A stretch of 33,318 nt of DNA, from the NCBI GenBank assembly GCA_045653405.1, contig JAZOLW010000066.1, forward strand, positions 1-33,318. The letters run 5' to 3'. Numbering within the stretch: position 1 is the first letter of the stretch; every line of letters begins with the position of its first letter. Of the stretch, positions 7,902 to 16,583 are shown piece by piece. This DNA is from Eubacteriales bacterium. GTDB lineage: Bacteria > Bacillota > Clostridia > Oscillospirales > CAG-382. The notes below the pieces were generated by a model. The model was not told the DNA's origin and made no database searches. It saw only the letters and a program-made list of their open reading frames with translations. The translations under genes were made by a program, and so were the position numbers.

Positions 7902-8991
7902 TTCCTTCGCCCTCCATGGTAAGCTCTGCGTCAAGCACAGTGCCGGAAGCGTAGCTCTTATGCATTATGTGGATATCTTCGGGAGTGAGAGACATTCCGA
8001 TAAATGAGCCGACCTCTGCGGACTTTGTGGAGTGAATTTTCCACTTTGTGCCAAAGCTGTCAACAATAATTTCAAAATGTACACCCTTGAAGGTAACAGT
8101 TTCAACGGTTCCGTCAATAGTGTTGTCGGAAGGCTCGGTAACTCTGATGTCTTCGGGACGGATTACAACGTCAACCGGTTCCATCTTGTCAAAGCCCTTG
8201 TCAACGCAGACAAAATGCTTGCCTGCAAACTCAACGTCGAAGTCGTCGTGCATAATACCTGCCACAATGTTGCTCTCTCCGATAAATCTTGCAACAAATG
8301 TGTTGGCGGGTTCGTTGTATATATCTTCAGGAGAGCCTATCTGGTCAATGCGGCCTCTGTTCATAACAACAATACGGTCACTCATTGTCAGTGCTTCTTC
8401 CTGGTCGTGTGTAACGTAAATAAAGGTAATACCCAGCTGCTGCTGCATACGTTTAAGTTCTATCTGCATTTCTTTTCTCAACTGAAGGTCAAGAGCACCT
8501 AACGGTTCATCGAGAAGAAGTATTCTCGGATGATTGATAAGTGCGCGGGCAATTGCAACTCTCTGCTGCTGACCGCCTGAAAGAAAATCAACTCTCTTCG
8601 CACCGTAACCTTTGAGGTTAACAAGCTCAAGCATTTCAAGAACTCTTGTCTTGATTTCTTTTTCGGGAGTTTTCTTCAGTCTGAGACCGAAAGCGATATT
8701 TTCAAATACGTTCAAATGTGGGAAAAGTGCGTATTTCTGAAAAACAGTGTTAACCTGTCTTTTGAAAGGAGGCACATTGTTTATCAGTTTCCCGTCGAAG
8801 AAGACCTGTCCTTCGTGAGGCTCAATAAAACCGCCGATTATGCGAAGCGTTGTGGTCTTACCGCAGCCGGACGGGCCTAAGAAGGTAATAAATTCCTTGT
8901 CGTGGATATCAAGATTGATACCCTTTAAAACCTGCTCATCGTCATAGTTCATAACGATGTCTTTCAGACTAACAATTACACTTTTATCCAA
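7885..8991 (-). CDS. potA: Spermidine/putrescine ABC transporter ATP-binding protein
   Basis: Walker [29 protein letters not shown]-like tail; TTG start after GGAGGTG. Confidence 0.95.
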   Translation of the reverse strand: MDKSVIVSLKDIVMNYDDEQVLKGINLDIHDKEFITFLGPSGCGKTTTLRIIGGFIEPHEGQVFFDGKLINNVPPFKRQVNTVFQKYALFPHLNVFENIAFGLRLKKTPEKEIKTRVLEMLELVNLKGYGAKRVDFLSGGQQQRVAIARALINHPRILLLDEPLGALDLQLRKEMQIELKRMQQQLGITFIYVTHDQEEALTMSDRIVVMNRGRIDQIGSPEDIYNEPANTFVARFIGESNIVAGIMHDDFDVEFAGKHFVCVDKGFDKMEPVDVVIRPEDIRVTEPSDNTIDGTVETVTFKGVHFEIIVDSFGTKWKIHSTKSAEVGSFIGMSLTPEDIHIMHKSYASGTVLDAELTMEGEGNEKIS

Positions 8992-9135
8992 TCTTCACAC
9001 CTCCGCACCGTGTTGCTTTGCGGTGCATTTCCGCCGTGGGAGTTCCCACAGCTAAAACCCTCAAATCCTCGTGCAACATTCAGATTAAGGCAAGGGTGTT
9101 TGTATACAATAATCACATTGTATCAAAGTAAGATA

Positions 9136-9164
9136 ATAATACATATTGTGACACAATAATTCAA
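9136..9164 (-). promoter_or_regulatory. Probable sigma-A promoter of potABCD
   Basis: Minus strand TTGAAT-17 nt-TATTAT; the spacer holds the palindrome tattgtgacacaata. Confidence 0.55.
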
Positions 9165-9221
9165 TGATAAAATGGGACTAATATGTTAATAAATATAATA
9201 TGTAAGAATGAACATATCTGC

Positions 9222-9250
9222 TTTACAAAACATAAGGGGTGTGATATAAT
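9222..9250 (+). promoter_or_regulatory. Sigma-A promoter (extended -10)
   Basis: TTTACA-17 nt-TATAAT with TGn before the -10. Confidence 0.75.
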
Positions 9251-9286
9251 ACGAAAGAATAAGATAAACAGGAGATAATAAACAGT

Positions 9287-9631
9287 ATGCTGAATAAATT
9301 AAAGGCTTTTTTCTGCACCAAAAACAAGCAGACTGAAATAAACAGGCAGATTGCATCAAAGCTTCATAATATGCACGTCAAGTACATATCCGAAAAGGAT
9401 GAAAACGGAGTAGATACAATTATCGGCAGGAGCTGTCATATAAATATACTTGGTGAAAAAGGCGACGAGCTGTGTGCAAGCTGCGGTATTCAGACGGTGT
9501 TCAGACTTAAGATTGACGAAATGAACATATGGGAGTTTATGAGCCTTGACGGATGTGTTATAAGGTTTACCGATATTGACACAGGCACAGAGCGGAATGT
9601 CACCGTTTATTATGACAAGCATCTGACATAA
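9287..9631 (+). CDS. Hypothetical protein, 114 aa
   Basis: Own promoter, SD AGGAGA, host-like codons; no family recognised. Confidence 0.8.
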   Translation: MLNKLKAFFCTKNKQTEINRQIASKLHNMHVKYISEKDENGVDTIIGRSCHINILGEKGDELCASCGIQTVFRLKIDEMNIWEFMSLDGCVIRFTDIDTGTERNVTVYYDKHLT

Positions 9632-9658
9632 AAGCCTCATTTGTCTAAAAAGAGGAAA

Positions 9659-10237
9659 GCTCGGCTTCGCCGAGCAGGATGGATTATTTCGCCGTCAAGG
9701 CGGCGAGTTACTTTGCGTGAGCAAAGTAACCAAAGTCACGAGGGCTTCGCCCTTCGAACCAGCGCCCGTCAATTAAATTTTCTTTGATGTTGCATCTAAA
9801 GTTATGCAAAGTGAGAAAATTTTAAGATTGACGGGCGGTTCTTTGTGCGGATATATATTAACGCAACCGCATTTAAGCCTAAAGTGAAATCAATATCAGG
9901 CGTAGTGCTTTGTGCAATTCTTGTTGTCTGTCTGATGTACACCTTTGTCAGTTGCTCGTTCCGATAGTTTTGTTTGTGCCATTTCAAAACTATCTGCTAC
10001 TAATAAATATTGATATAATCTGATATTTCACTAAAACTTCTTTGTGGCAGTGCAGTTGCACTTATATATGCGCCCATCAATCTCAAAATTTTCTCACTTG
10101 GTGAAACTAAAAAATTAATTGGTAAGAAAATTTAATTGATGGGCGCAGGGGTCAAGGGTGCTCCCTTGCGGTTTTTGGGTTCTTTTGTCCGAACAAAAGA
10201 ACCCAAAAACCGCAATGGCGAAATTTTCTTTCTGCTC
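9659..10237. repeat. Non-coding inverted-arm element, copy 2
   Basis: Homologous to 4301-4844; outer ends gagcaggatggattatttcgcc and ggcgaaattttctttctgctc are inverted; perfect 23-bp stem at 10166-10215. Confidence 0.88.
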
Positions 10238-10251
10238 CTCGTATTTTCTTC

Positions 10252-10280
10252 TTGACAAAATCTTGTCACAGTGCTATAAT
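10252..10280 (+). promoter_or_regulatory. Sigma-A promoter of the permease
   Basis: TTGACA-17 nt-TATAAT with TGn; a tgacaa/ttgtca inverted repeat overlaps the -35. Confidence 0.85.
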
Positions 10281-10356
10281 ACGCCTCGTGTGCGTAGGAT
10301 GCACTGTTATTATTACACCTATAGCAGTATGATTTTGACAAGGAGAAATTTCGGGA

Positions 10357-11475
10357 ATGGCACTTGTAAATAAAGCAGCTTCTTTTACAAAAAAGAATAT
10401 CGTTTTGTGTATAGCAATTGTTGCCGCAGCGGTTACCTCTCTGATAGTTCCGCCTGATGCACAATATCTTGGATACTTTGATTTTAAAACATTAACCTGC
10501 CTTTTCTGTGTACTTGCAGTTGTGTGCGCTTTGCGTAATATCAACTTCTTTTACCTGCTGGCGCAGAATATTGTAAATATCTTCAAAACCACAAGAATGT
10601 GCGTTCTCGCACTTGTATATATCACATTTATCGGCTCAATGCTTATAGCAAACGATATGGCTCTTCTCACATTTCTTCCTCTCGGATATTTTGTGCTTTC
10701 CTCTGCGCATAAAGAGGATATTATGGCATTTGTGTTCATAATGCAGAATATAGCTGCAAATCTCGGCGGTATGCTGACACCCTTCGGTAATCCTCAGAAC
10801 CTTTACCTTTATACAAAATACAACATTCCCACAGGCGAGTTTATGTCAATAATGGCTTTTCCCTTTATTTTAGCTATTGGTGTTATCACAATTACCTGCC
10901 TTGTTTTTGTCAGAAACGAGCCTCTTACCGTGGAAAAATCCTGCATAAAGCTTCCTAAACTCAAAACAGCAATTTACCTTGCACTGTTTGCGTTTTCAAT
11001 TATCATTGTGTTCAGATGTGTTCCGTATCAGCTGGGACTTGTAATAATACCTGCTGTTTTGTTACTTTTTGACAGAAAGGCTTTGAAAGATGTGGACTAT
11101 GCGCTGCTGTTTACCTTTGTTGCTTTTTTTGTGTTTTCAGGTAATATGGCAAGGATTGAAGCTGTACGTGAACTCTTTGAATTTCTTCTCGGAAAAAGCA
11201 CTCTGCTGTTCAGTATTCTGTCCTGCCAGATTATAAGCAACGTTCCCTCTGCAATTCTTCTTTCTCAATTCACGGAAGATTATACTCATCTTCTGTACGG
11301 CGTAAATATAGGTGGAGTGGGAACGCTTATTGCGTCTCTTGCAAGTCTTATAACTTTTAAAGAATATACAAAAGTTAACCCCGGAAAAGGCGGTTATTAT
11401 GTAAAATGCTTTTCAACAGTAAATTTTTCATTTCTTTTCTTACTTACATTAGCAATGGTGATTACAAAAGTGTGA
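10357..11475 (+). CDS. Ion-transporter superfamily permease (CitMHS/SLC13/ArsB-NhaD-like)
   Basis: Polytopic; ANDMALLTFLP, AANLGGMLTPFGNPQNLY, ISNVPSAILL, NIGGVGTLIASLASLI. Confidence 0.88.
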   Translation: MALVNKAASFTKKNIVLCIAIVAAAVTSLIVPPDAQYLGYFDFKTLTCLFCVLAVVCALRNINFFYLLAQNIVNIFKTTRMCVLALVYITFIGSMLIANDMALLTFLPLGYFVLSSAHKEDIMAFVFIMQNIAANLGGMLTPFGNPQNLYLYTKYNIPTGEFMSIMAFPFILAIGVITITCLVFVRNEPLTVEKSCIKLPKLKTAIYLALFAFSIIIVFRCVPYQLGLVIIPAVLLLFDRKALKDVDYALLFTFVAFFVFSGNMARIEAVRELFEFLLGKSTLLFSILSCQIISNVPSAILLSQFTEDYTHLLYGVNIGGVGTLIASLASLITFKEYTKVNPGKGGYYVKCFSTVNFSFLFLLTLAMVITKV

Positions 11476-11549
11476 ATGAAAATTTACAAATTTTTCGGAT
11501 ATTTTTTGCTAAAAATGGTAAAAATGTGCAAAAATGAGGAAAATAATAC

Positions 11550-11578
11550 TTGCTTTTTGTTGGATGTTGTGTTATAAT
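11550..11578 (+). promoter_or_regulatory. Sigma-A promoter of hup
   Basis: TTGCTT-17 nt-TATAAT with TGn. Confidence 0.75.
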
Positions 11579-11641
11579 ACAAATGTTCATAGAAGTAAGC
11601 GCAGGCTTACACTAAATACTATTTTACGGAGGATATTTCCA

Positions 11642-11914
11642 ATGAACAAGACAGAACTCGTTGCAGCTATTGCTGAAAAGGCTGGCACATCCAAGAAGGA
11701 TGCAGAAAAGGTAGTTAACGCTACATTTGAAGTAATCACAGAAGCTATGGCTAAGGGTGACAAGGTTGCTCTCGTAGGTTTTGGCAACTTCGAAGTTAGA
11801 GAAAGAGCAGCAAGAGAAGGCAAGAACCTTCACACAGGCGAAAAGATCAAGATCGCAGCTTGCAAGGTTCCCGCATTCAAGGCTGGTAAGGCTCTCAAAG
11901 AAGCTGTTAAGTAA
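11642..11914 (+). CDS. hup: DNA-binding protein HU
   Basis: [11 protein letters not shown]...[18 protein letters not shown]...[10 protein letters not shown]; SD GGAGG; 90 aa from ATG 11642. Confidence 0.97.
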   Translation: MNKTELVAAIAEKAGTSKKDAEKVVNATFEVITEAMAKGDKVALVGFGNFEVRERAAREGKNLHTGEKIKIAACKVPAFKAGKALKEAVK

Positions 11915-11932
11915 TAATTTAACATACTCTTT

Positions 11933-11961
11933 AATCGGACGGTAAACCCGTCCGATTTTTC
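11933..11961 (+). terminator. Intrinsic terminator of hup
   Basis: aatcggacgg-taaac-ccgtccgatt followed by a T tract. Confidence 0.88.
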
Positions 11962-12004
11962 TTGTTTATGACGTATTTTCTGATGTTGACGGCACAAAAT
12001 GGAC

Positions 12005-12033
12005 TTGACAAAAACAGCAAATAATGAGATAAT
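12005..12033 (+). promoter_or_regulatory. Sigma-A promoter of the rpiR-to-ispH operon
   Basis: TTGACA-17 nt-GATAAT with TGn. Confidence 0.65.
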
Positions 12034-12084
12034 TATATGATAATATGTAAAGCTGTGCAGTGATGCAGAACAGGAGATTTATTT

Positions 12085-12990
12085 ATGCAGACAGATTTGT
12101 TCGAACAGATAAAAAGAGCAATACCCGAAATGTCAAAAAGCCATAAGCTGATAGCGGGTTATATCCTTGACCACAGCGAAAAAGCGGCATATCTTACAGC
12201 AACAAAGCTGGGTGCAAACGTGGGCGTTTCGGAGTCTACGGTTGTCCGTTTTGCAATAGAGCTGGGTTTTGCAGGATACCCTGATTTTCAGAGCGAACTC
12301 CAGAAGAGCCTACGTTCCAAACTAACTGCTGTCCAGAGAATTGATGTCGCCGACAATCTTATCGGCGAGCGCAATATTCAGCACTCGGTAATTACATCGG
12401 ATATAAATAATCTTAAAGCTTCACTGTCAAGTCTTGATGAAGAATCCTTCGATAAGGCTGTTGAAGCAATCTGTGCGGCAAAGAATATCTACATACTCGG
12501 CAAACGCTCATCCTATATGCTTGCAGACTTTATGAACCACTATTTCAGATATATTTTCGATAGAGTACATCTCGTAGGTACTAACAGCACAAGCGAAATG
12601 TTTGAAGAAATATTCAGAATTTCCGAAGATGATGTGCTTATTGCAATATCCTATCCGAGATATTCAAAGAAAACAAAGAATGCGGCTGAATTTGCAAAAC
12701 GCAGAGGAGCAAAGGTTATTGCCCTTACAGACAGCGACATAGCTCCCATAACAGAGTATTCGGACATAAAGCTCTTTGCAAGAAGCGATATGGCATCCTT
12801 TGTTGACTCCCTTGTTGCACCTCTCAGCATAATCAATGCTCTTATTGTGGCAGTGGGAAGAAAGAACAGAGTAACTCTTGAGCATACCTTCAATGATCTT
12901 GAGGACATCTGGCACGAATTTGATGTTTATGAAAGTCCGAGAACCGTAGGCGCCCAGCCTGACGATTCCGGCAAGGATAAAAAACAGTGA
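12085..12990 (+). CDS. MurR/RpiR family transcriptional regulator (HTH + SIS)
   Basis: GVSESTVVRFAIELGFAGY HTH; SIS motifs IAISYPRYS, IALTDS. Confidence 0.93.
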   Translation: MQTDLFEQIKRAIPEMSKSHKLIAGYILDHSEKAAYLTATKLGANVGVSESTVVRFAIELGFAGYPDFQSELQKSLRSKLTAVQRIDVADNLIGERNIQHSVITSDINNLKASLSSLDEESFDKAVEAICAAKNIYILGKRSSYMLADFMNHYFRYIFDRVHLVGTNSTSEMFEEIFRISEDDVLIAISYPRYSKKTKNAAEFAKRRGAKVIALTDSDIAPITEYSDIKLFARSDMASFVDSLVAPLSIINALIVAVGRKNRVTLEHTFNDLEDIWHEFDVYESPRTVGAQPDDSGKDKKQ

Positions 12991-14273
12991 TGAAAAATAT
13001 AAGTATTGCAGTTATAGGCGGCGGTGCGGCAGGACTTATGTGCGCGTGTATTGCCGCTGAAAAAGGGGCAGATGTGACGCTGTTTGAAAAGAACAGGTCA
13101 GAAAAACAGCTTGCTTCCGAAAAATACTATGACAATGCGTATCTCGGCAAAAAGCTTCTTATCACGGGTAAGGGAAGATGTAATGTAACCAATGCCTGTA
13201 CCCAAGAGGAATTTATGGCAAGTGTAACCGGCAACAGCAAATTTATGTATGCCGCATTCAATGCTTTTCCTCCCGAAAAAACTATGGAGTTTTTTGAAAG
13301 TGCAGGTATTCCGCTGAAAACCGAAAGGGGAAACAGAGTTTTTCCGTTGTCGGACAAATCCATTGATATACTAAGAGCCTTCAAAAACAGACTGAAAGAC
13401 TCAGGTGTTAAGGTTATCAATCAGAAAATAGTTTCTGTTGAAAAATGCGGAGATGTGTTTTCTGTTTGCGATGGTGAAAAGCATAATTACAGCTTTGATA
13501 AGGTTGTTATAGCAACAGGGGGAGTTTCATATCCTCAGACTGGCTCCGACGGAGACGGATATGCTTTTGCGGAAAGTTTCGGACATACCGTTACCGAACT
13601 GAAACCATCCCTTGTACCCCTTGAATGTTATAAGGCGGAAATGTGCTCCGATATGGCAGGACTTTCCCTTAAAAATGTAAAGCTGACAGTGACGGATAAG
13701 ACCAAGAAAAAGGCAGTTTATTCAAATCTCGGAGAAATGCTGTTTACACATTTCGGAATTTCAGGACCGTTGGTACTAAGTGCCTCGGCGCATATGAAAA
13801 AATTTGCTCCCGACAAATACAGAGCAGATATAGATATGAAGCCGGCCCTTGATTTGCAGACAGTGGAATCAAAACTTATAAAGCTGTTTGAAAAAGAAAG
13901 CAACAAGAATCTTTCAAATGTGCTGTGTGATATGCTCCCAAGGAGTATGACCGAGCCGTTCTGTGAGTATTGCGGTATCTCTCCCGATACAAAGCCAAAT
14001 TCCATAAACAAGGCGCAGAGAAGAGTAATTGCAGAAGCCTTCAAGTGCTTTTCTCTTGATATATCCTCATTCAGGCCAATAGCCGAAGCCATTGTAACTT
14101 CAGGTGGTGTGAATGTTAAGGAAATAAACCCCTCAACTATGGAATCAAAAATTGTACCCGGACTTTATTTTGCCGGCGAAGTGCTTGATGTTGACGCATA
14201 TACAGGCGGATTCAATCTGCAGATTGCCTTTTCTACGGCATATCTCGCGGCAGTGAACTGTGTAGAATTTTGA
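12990..14273 (+). CDS. HI0933/BaiN-family flavoprotein (NAD(P)/FAD oxidoreductase)
   Basis: GGGAAG, GKKLLITGKGRCNVTN, ATGGVSYPQTGSDGDG, LFTHFGISGP, TGGFNLQIAFSTA; start GTG 12987 or ATG 12990. Confidence 0.92.
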   Translation: MKNISIAVIGGGAAGLMCACIAAEKGADVTLFEKNRSEKQLASEKYYDNAYLGKKLLITGKGRCNVTNACTQEEFMASVTGNSKFMYAAFNAFPPEKTMEFFESAGIPLKTERGNRVFPLSDKSIDILRAFKNRLKDSGVKVINQKIVSVEKCGDVFSVCDGEKHNYSFDKVVIATGGVSYPQTGSDGDGYAFAESFGHTVTELKPSLVPLECYKAEMCSDMAGLSLKNVKLTVTDKTKKKAVYSNLGEMLFTHFGISGPLVLSASAHMKKFAPDKYRADIDMKPALDLQTVESKLIKLFEKESNKNLSNVLCDMLPRSMTEPFCEYCGISPDTKPNSINKAQRRVIAEAFKCFSLDISSFRPIAEAIVTSGGVNVKEINPSTMESKIVPGLYFAGEVLDVDAYTGGFNLQIAFSTAYLAAVNCVEF

Positions 14274-14291
14274 ACCGAAAGGATGTTATAA

Positions 14292-14969
14292 ATGTTTCAC
14301 GCAATAGCAATAGACGGACCGTCAGGTTCAGGAAAATCAACCCTCGCAAAGGCTCTTTCAAAGGAGCTTGGATATCTTTATATTGATACGGGTGCTATGT
14401 ACCGCACAGTAGGACTTTACGCAAAACTCAACGGCATTGAACCGAATGACGAAGAAACAATATCAAAGCATTTTGATAAAATTGATATCTCTCTTGAATG
14501 GATTGACGGCTCACAGCATATATTCCTCGGCGGAGAAGACGTTTCGGACAAGATAAGAACTCCCGAAATGTCAATGTATGCGTCTGCTGTTTCTGCTCTT
14601 CCTGCAGTGCGTACATTTCTTCTTGACAGACAGAGAAATTTTGCACGCACTCATAATGTAATTATGGACGGCAGAGATATAGGCACCGTTGTGCTTCCCG
14701 ATGCAGGTGTTAAAATTTTCCTCAAGGCAGACGATAGGAAAAGAGCAGAAAGAAGATATGAAGAACTGCTTCTCAAGGGCGAAAAGGTAACTCTTGAGGA
14801 GGTATATAACGATATGGTAACTCGTGACAAGAACGACAGCACAAGAAAAACAGCACCCTGTGTTCCTGCAGAGGATGCGGTTTTCCTTGACAATACACAG
14901 TACGAGCCCGAGCAGACTGTAAGAAAGGCGTTGGAGATAATAAATGGAAAAATCGGCACAGACAAATAA
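14292..14969 (+). CDS. cmk: Cytidylate kinase
   Basis: IAIDGPSGSGKST, YIDTGAMYR, MDGRDIGTVVLPDA. Confidence 0.97.
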   Translation: MFHAIAIDGPSGSGKSTLAKALSKELGYLYIDTGAMYRTVGLYAKLNGIEPNDEETISKHFDKIDISLEWIDGSQHIFLGGEDVSDKIRTPEMSMYASAVSALPAVRTFLLDRQRNFARTHNVIMDGRDIGTVVLPDAGVKIFLKADDRKRAERRYEELLLKGEKVTLEEVYNDMVTRDKNDSTRKTAPCVPAEDAVFLDNTQYEPEQTVRKALEIINGKIGTDK

Positions 14970-15615
14970 TAACAAAATTTTTGAAAACCCTATGAGATTA
15001 TACAGAAGTGTAATAGGTGCTGCTTCCGTGTTGTGCAAACTTATTTTCCGTATGGAAATAAAAGGAGCGGAAAATATGCCCAAAGAAGGAGCCTGCTTTG
15101 TATGCGGAAATCATCTTTCCAACTGGGACCCTGTTCTTATGGCAGTTGCAGTAAAACGCCCCGTTCACTTTATGTCTAAGAAAGAGCTGTTCAAAATCCC
15201 TGTTCTCAGAAGCATATTAAGAACTGTAGGTGCTTTTCCAATTGACAGAGACGGAGCTGACCTCACTGCGATGAAAACCGCACTCGGTCATATTAAGCAC
15301 GGTAATCCGCTGGGTATTTTTCCGCAGGGTACGAGGTGTATAGGAAAATCTCCCGAAGAAATCGGAATCAAAAACGGAACCGGTATGCTTGTACATAAGA
15401 CAGAAGCAACGGTTATCCCCGTTTCAATTTATACTAAAGATTACAGAATAAAGCTTTTCAGAAAGGTGTATGTAACTGTAGGAAAGCCTATAACTCCGGA
15501 AGATTACAAGCCCGGAGAAAAAAGTCCTGAAGAGTATCAGAGAATAAGCGACATTATCTTTAATACTATCTGCGGACAGGTAAACGAATCAAAAGAAGAA
15601 GCTGAAAGAAAATGA
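14944..15615 (+). CDS. plsC: 1-acyl-sn-glycerol-3-phosphate acyltransferase
   Basis: NHLSNWD (HX4D), FPIDR, IFPQGTR; exact start uncertain. Confidence 0.9.
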   Translation: MEKSAQTNNNKIFENPMRLYRSVIGAASVLCKLIFRMEIKGAENMPKEGACFVCGNHLSNWDPVLMAVAVKRPVHFMSKKELFKIPVLRSILRTVGAFPIDRDGADLTAMKTALGHIKHGNPLGIFPQGTRCIGKSPEEIGIKNGTGMLVHKTEATVIPVSIYTKDYRIKLFRKVYVTVGKPITPEDYKPGEKSPEEYQRISDIIFNTICGQVNESKEEAERK

Positions 15616-16583
15616 GTAAAAGAAATGTCAGCATAAAGGTTGCCGAAAACTGCGGGTTCTGCTTTGGGGTTCGGCGTGCGGTTGATACGGTTTACAAGCT
15701 GAGAAAAAGTACAGATAAAAAAATATATGTTGTGGGAGAGTTAATACACAACGAAACTTTCATAAAGCGCCTTGAAAAAGACGGGGTATACTGCATTAAT
15801 GAGCAGGATATCGACAGCCTGCTTGAAAGTTGCGAGGATGCAGTGTTTGTAATACGCACTCACGGGGCAACAAAGCAGTTGAACGATAAGCTCCTGTCAA
15901 GCGGAAAGCAGATAGTGGATGCAACCTGTCCGTTTGTCAAGCGTATACACAAAATTGTGGAAGAAAACTCACCTGGATGTGACTGTACCATAATAGTCGG
16001 TGACAGAAATCACCCCGAAGTCATAGGAATAAGAAGCTATGCCAAAGGGGATACAGAGGTGTGCCTCAACGATGATGAGTGTTCCCAGTTTGTTAACAAA
16101 TCGACATCAAAAAAACTCGAAAAACCTCTGTTGGTGTCACAAACCACAGGGAATAATGAAAAATATGTAAATTGTCAAAAAATTATAAAAAAACTATATA
16201 CAAAAGCGAAAATTTTTGATACAATATGTAATGTTACGGAAAATCGACAGAACGAAGTTAAAAATATGGCTGAATGTGCGGATATTATGTGCATAATAGG
16301 CTGTACCAAGAGTTCTAATACAAAGAAACTTTATGAAATTGCTTTGGCATACTGTGACAATGTGTTTCTTATGGAAACAGCATCTGATGTGCCTGAAGAA
16401 AGCTTCAAAGAGTTATACAGTATGTATGAAAACAAAAGGAAAGACGGCTGTGAGGCCGATTTCACCGTAGGGATTACAGCAGGTGCATCAACACCTGATG
16501 ATATTATACAGGAGGTAAAAGTCAGAATAGAAGAAATATTCAATTCTGATGAAAAACAAAATGATGGACACATCAATGATTAA
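15612..16583 (+). CDS. ispH: 4-hydroxy-3-methylbut-2-enyl diphosphate reductase
   Basis: GFCFGV, DATCPFV, HPEV, DTICNVT, SSNT, GITAGASTP. Confidence 0.95.
   Translation: MSKRNVSIKVAENCGFCFGVRRAVDTVYKLRKSTDKKIYVVGELIHNETFIKRLEKDGVYCINEQDIDSLLESCEDAVFVIRTHGATKQLNDKLLSSGKQIVDATCPFVKRIHKIVEENSPGCDCTIIVGDRNHPEVIGIRSYAKGDTEVCLNDDECSQFVNKSTSKKLEKPLLVSQTTGNNEKYVNCQKIIKKLYTKAKIFDTICNVTENRQNEVKNMAECADIMCIIGCTKSSNTKKLYEIALAYCDNVFLMETASDVPEESFKELYSMYENKRKDGCEADFTVGITAGASTPDDIIQEVKVRIEEIFNSDEKQNDGHIND

Noticed and set aside
10281-10356. Riboswitch in the permease leader
   Set aside because: Only short stems and no terminator; I could not match a known aptamer by eye. An Rfam scan would settle it.
9802-10373. 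ORFs 9802-9987 and 10158-10373
   Set aside because: They overlap element copy 2 or the permease promoter; the copy 1 equivalent of 9802-9987 has an in-frame stop.
11534-11641. N-terminal extensions from the ORF track (hup; also ALDH 1430, yqeG 17758, pepP 19130, efp 20344, yerC 31912)
   Set aside because: They overlap promoters, terminators or upstream genes; SD position and family length support the later starts.
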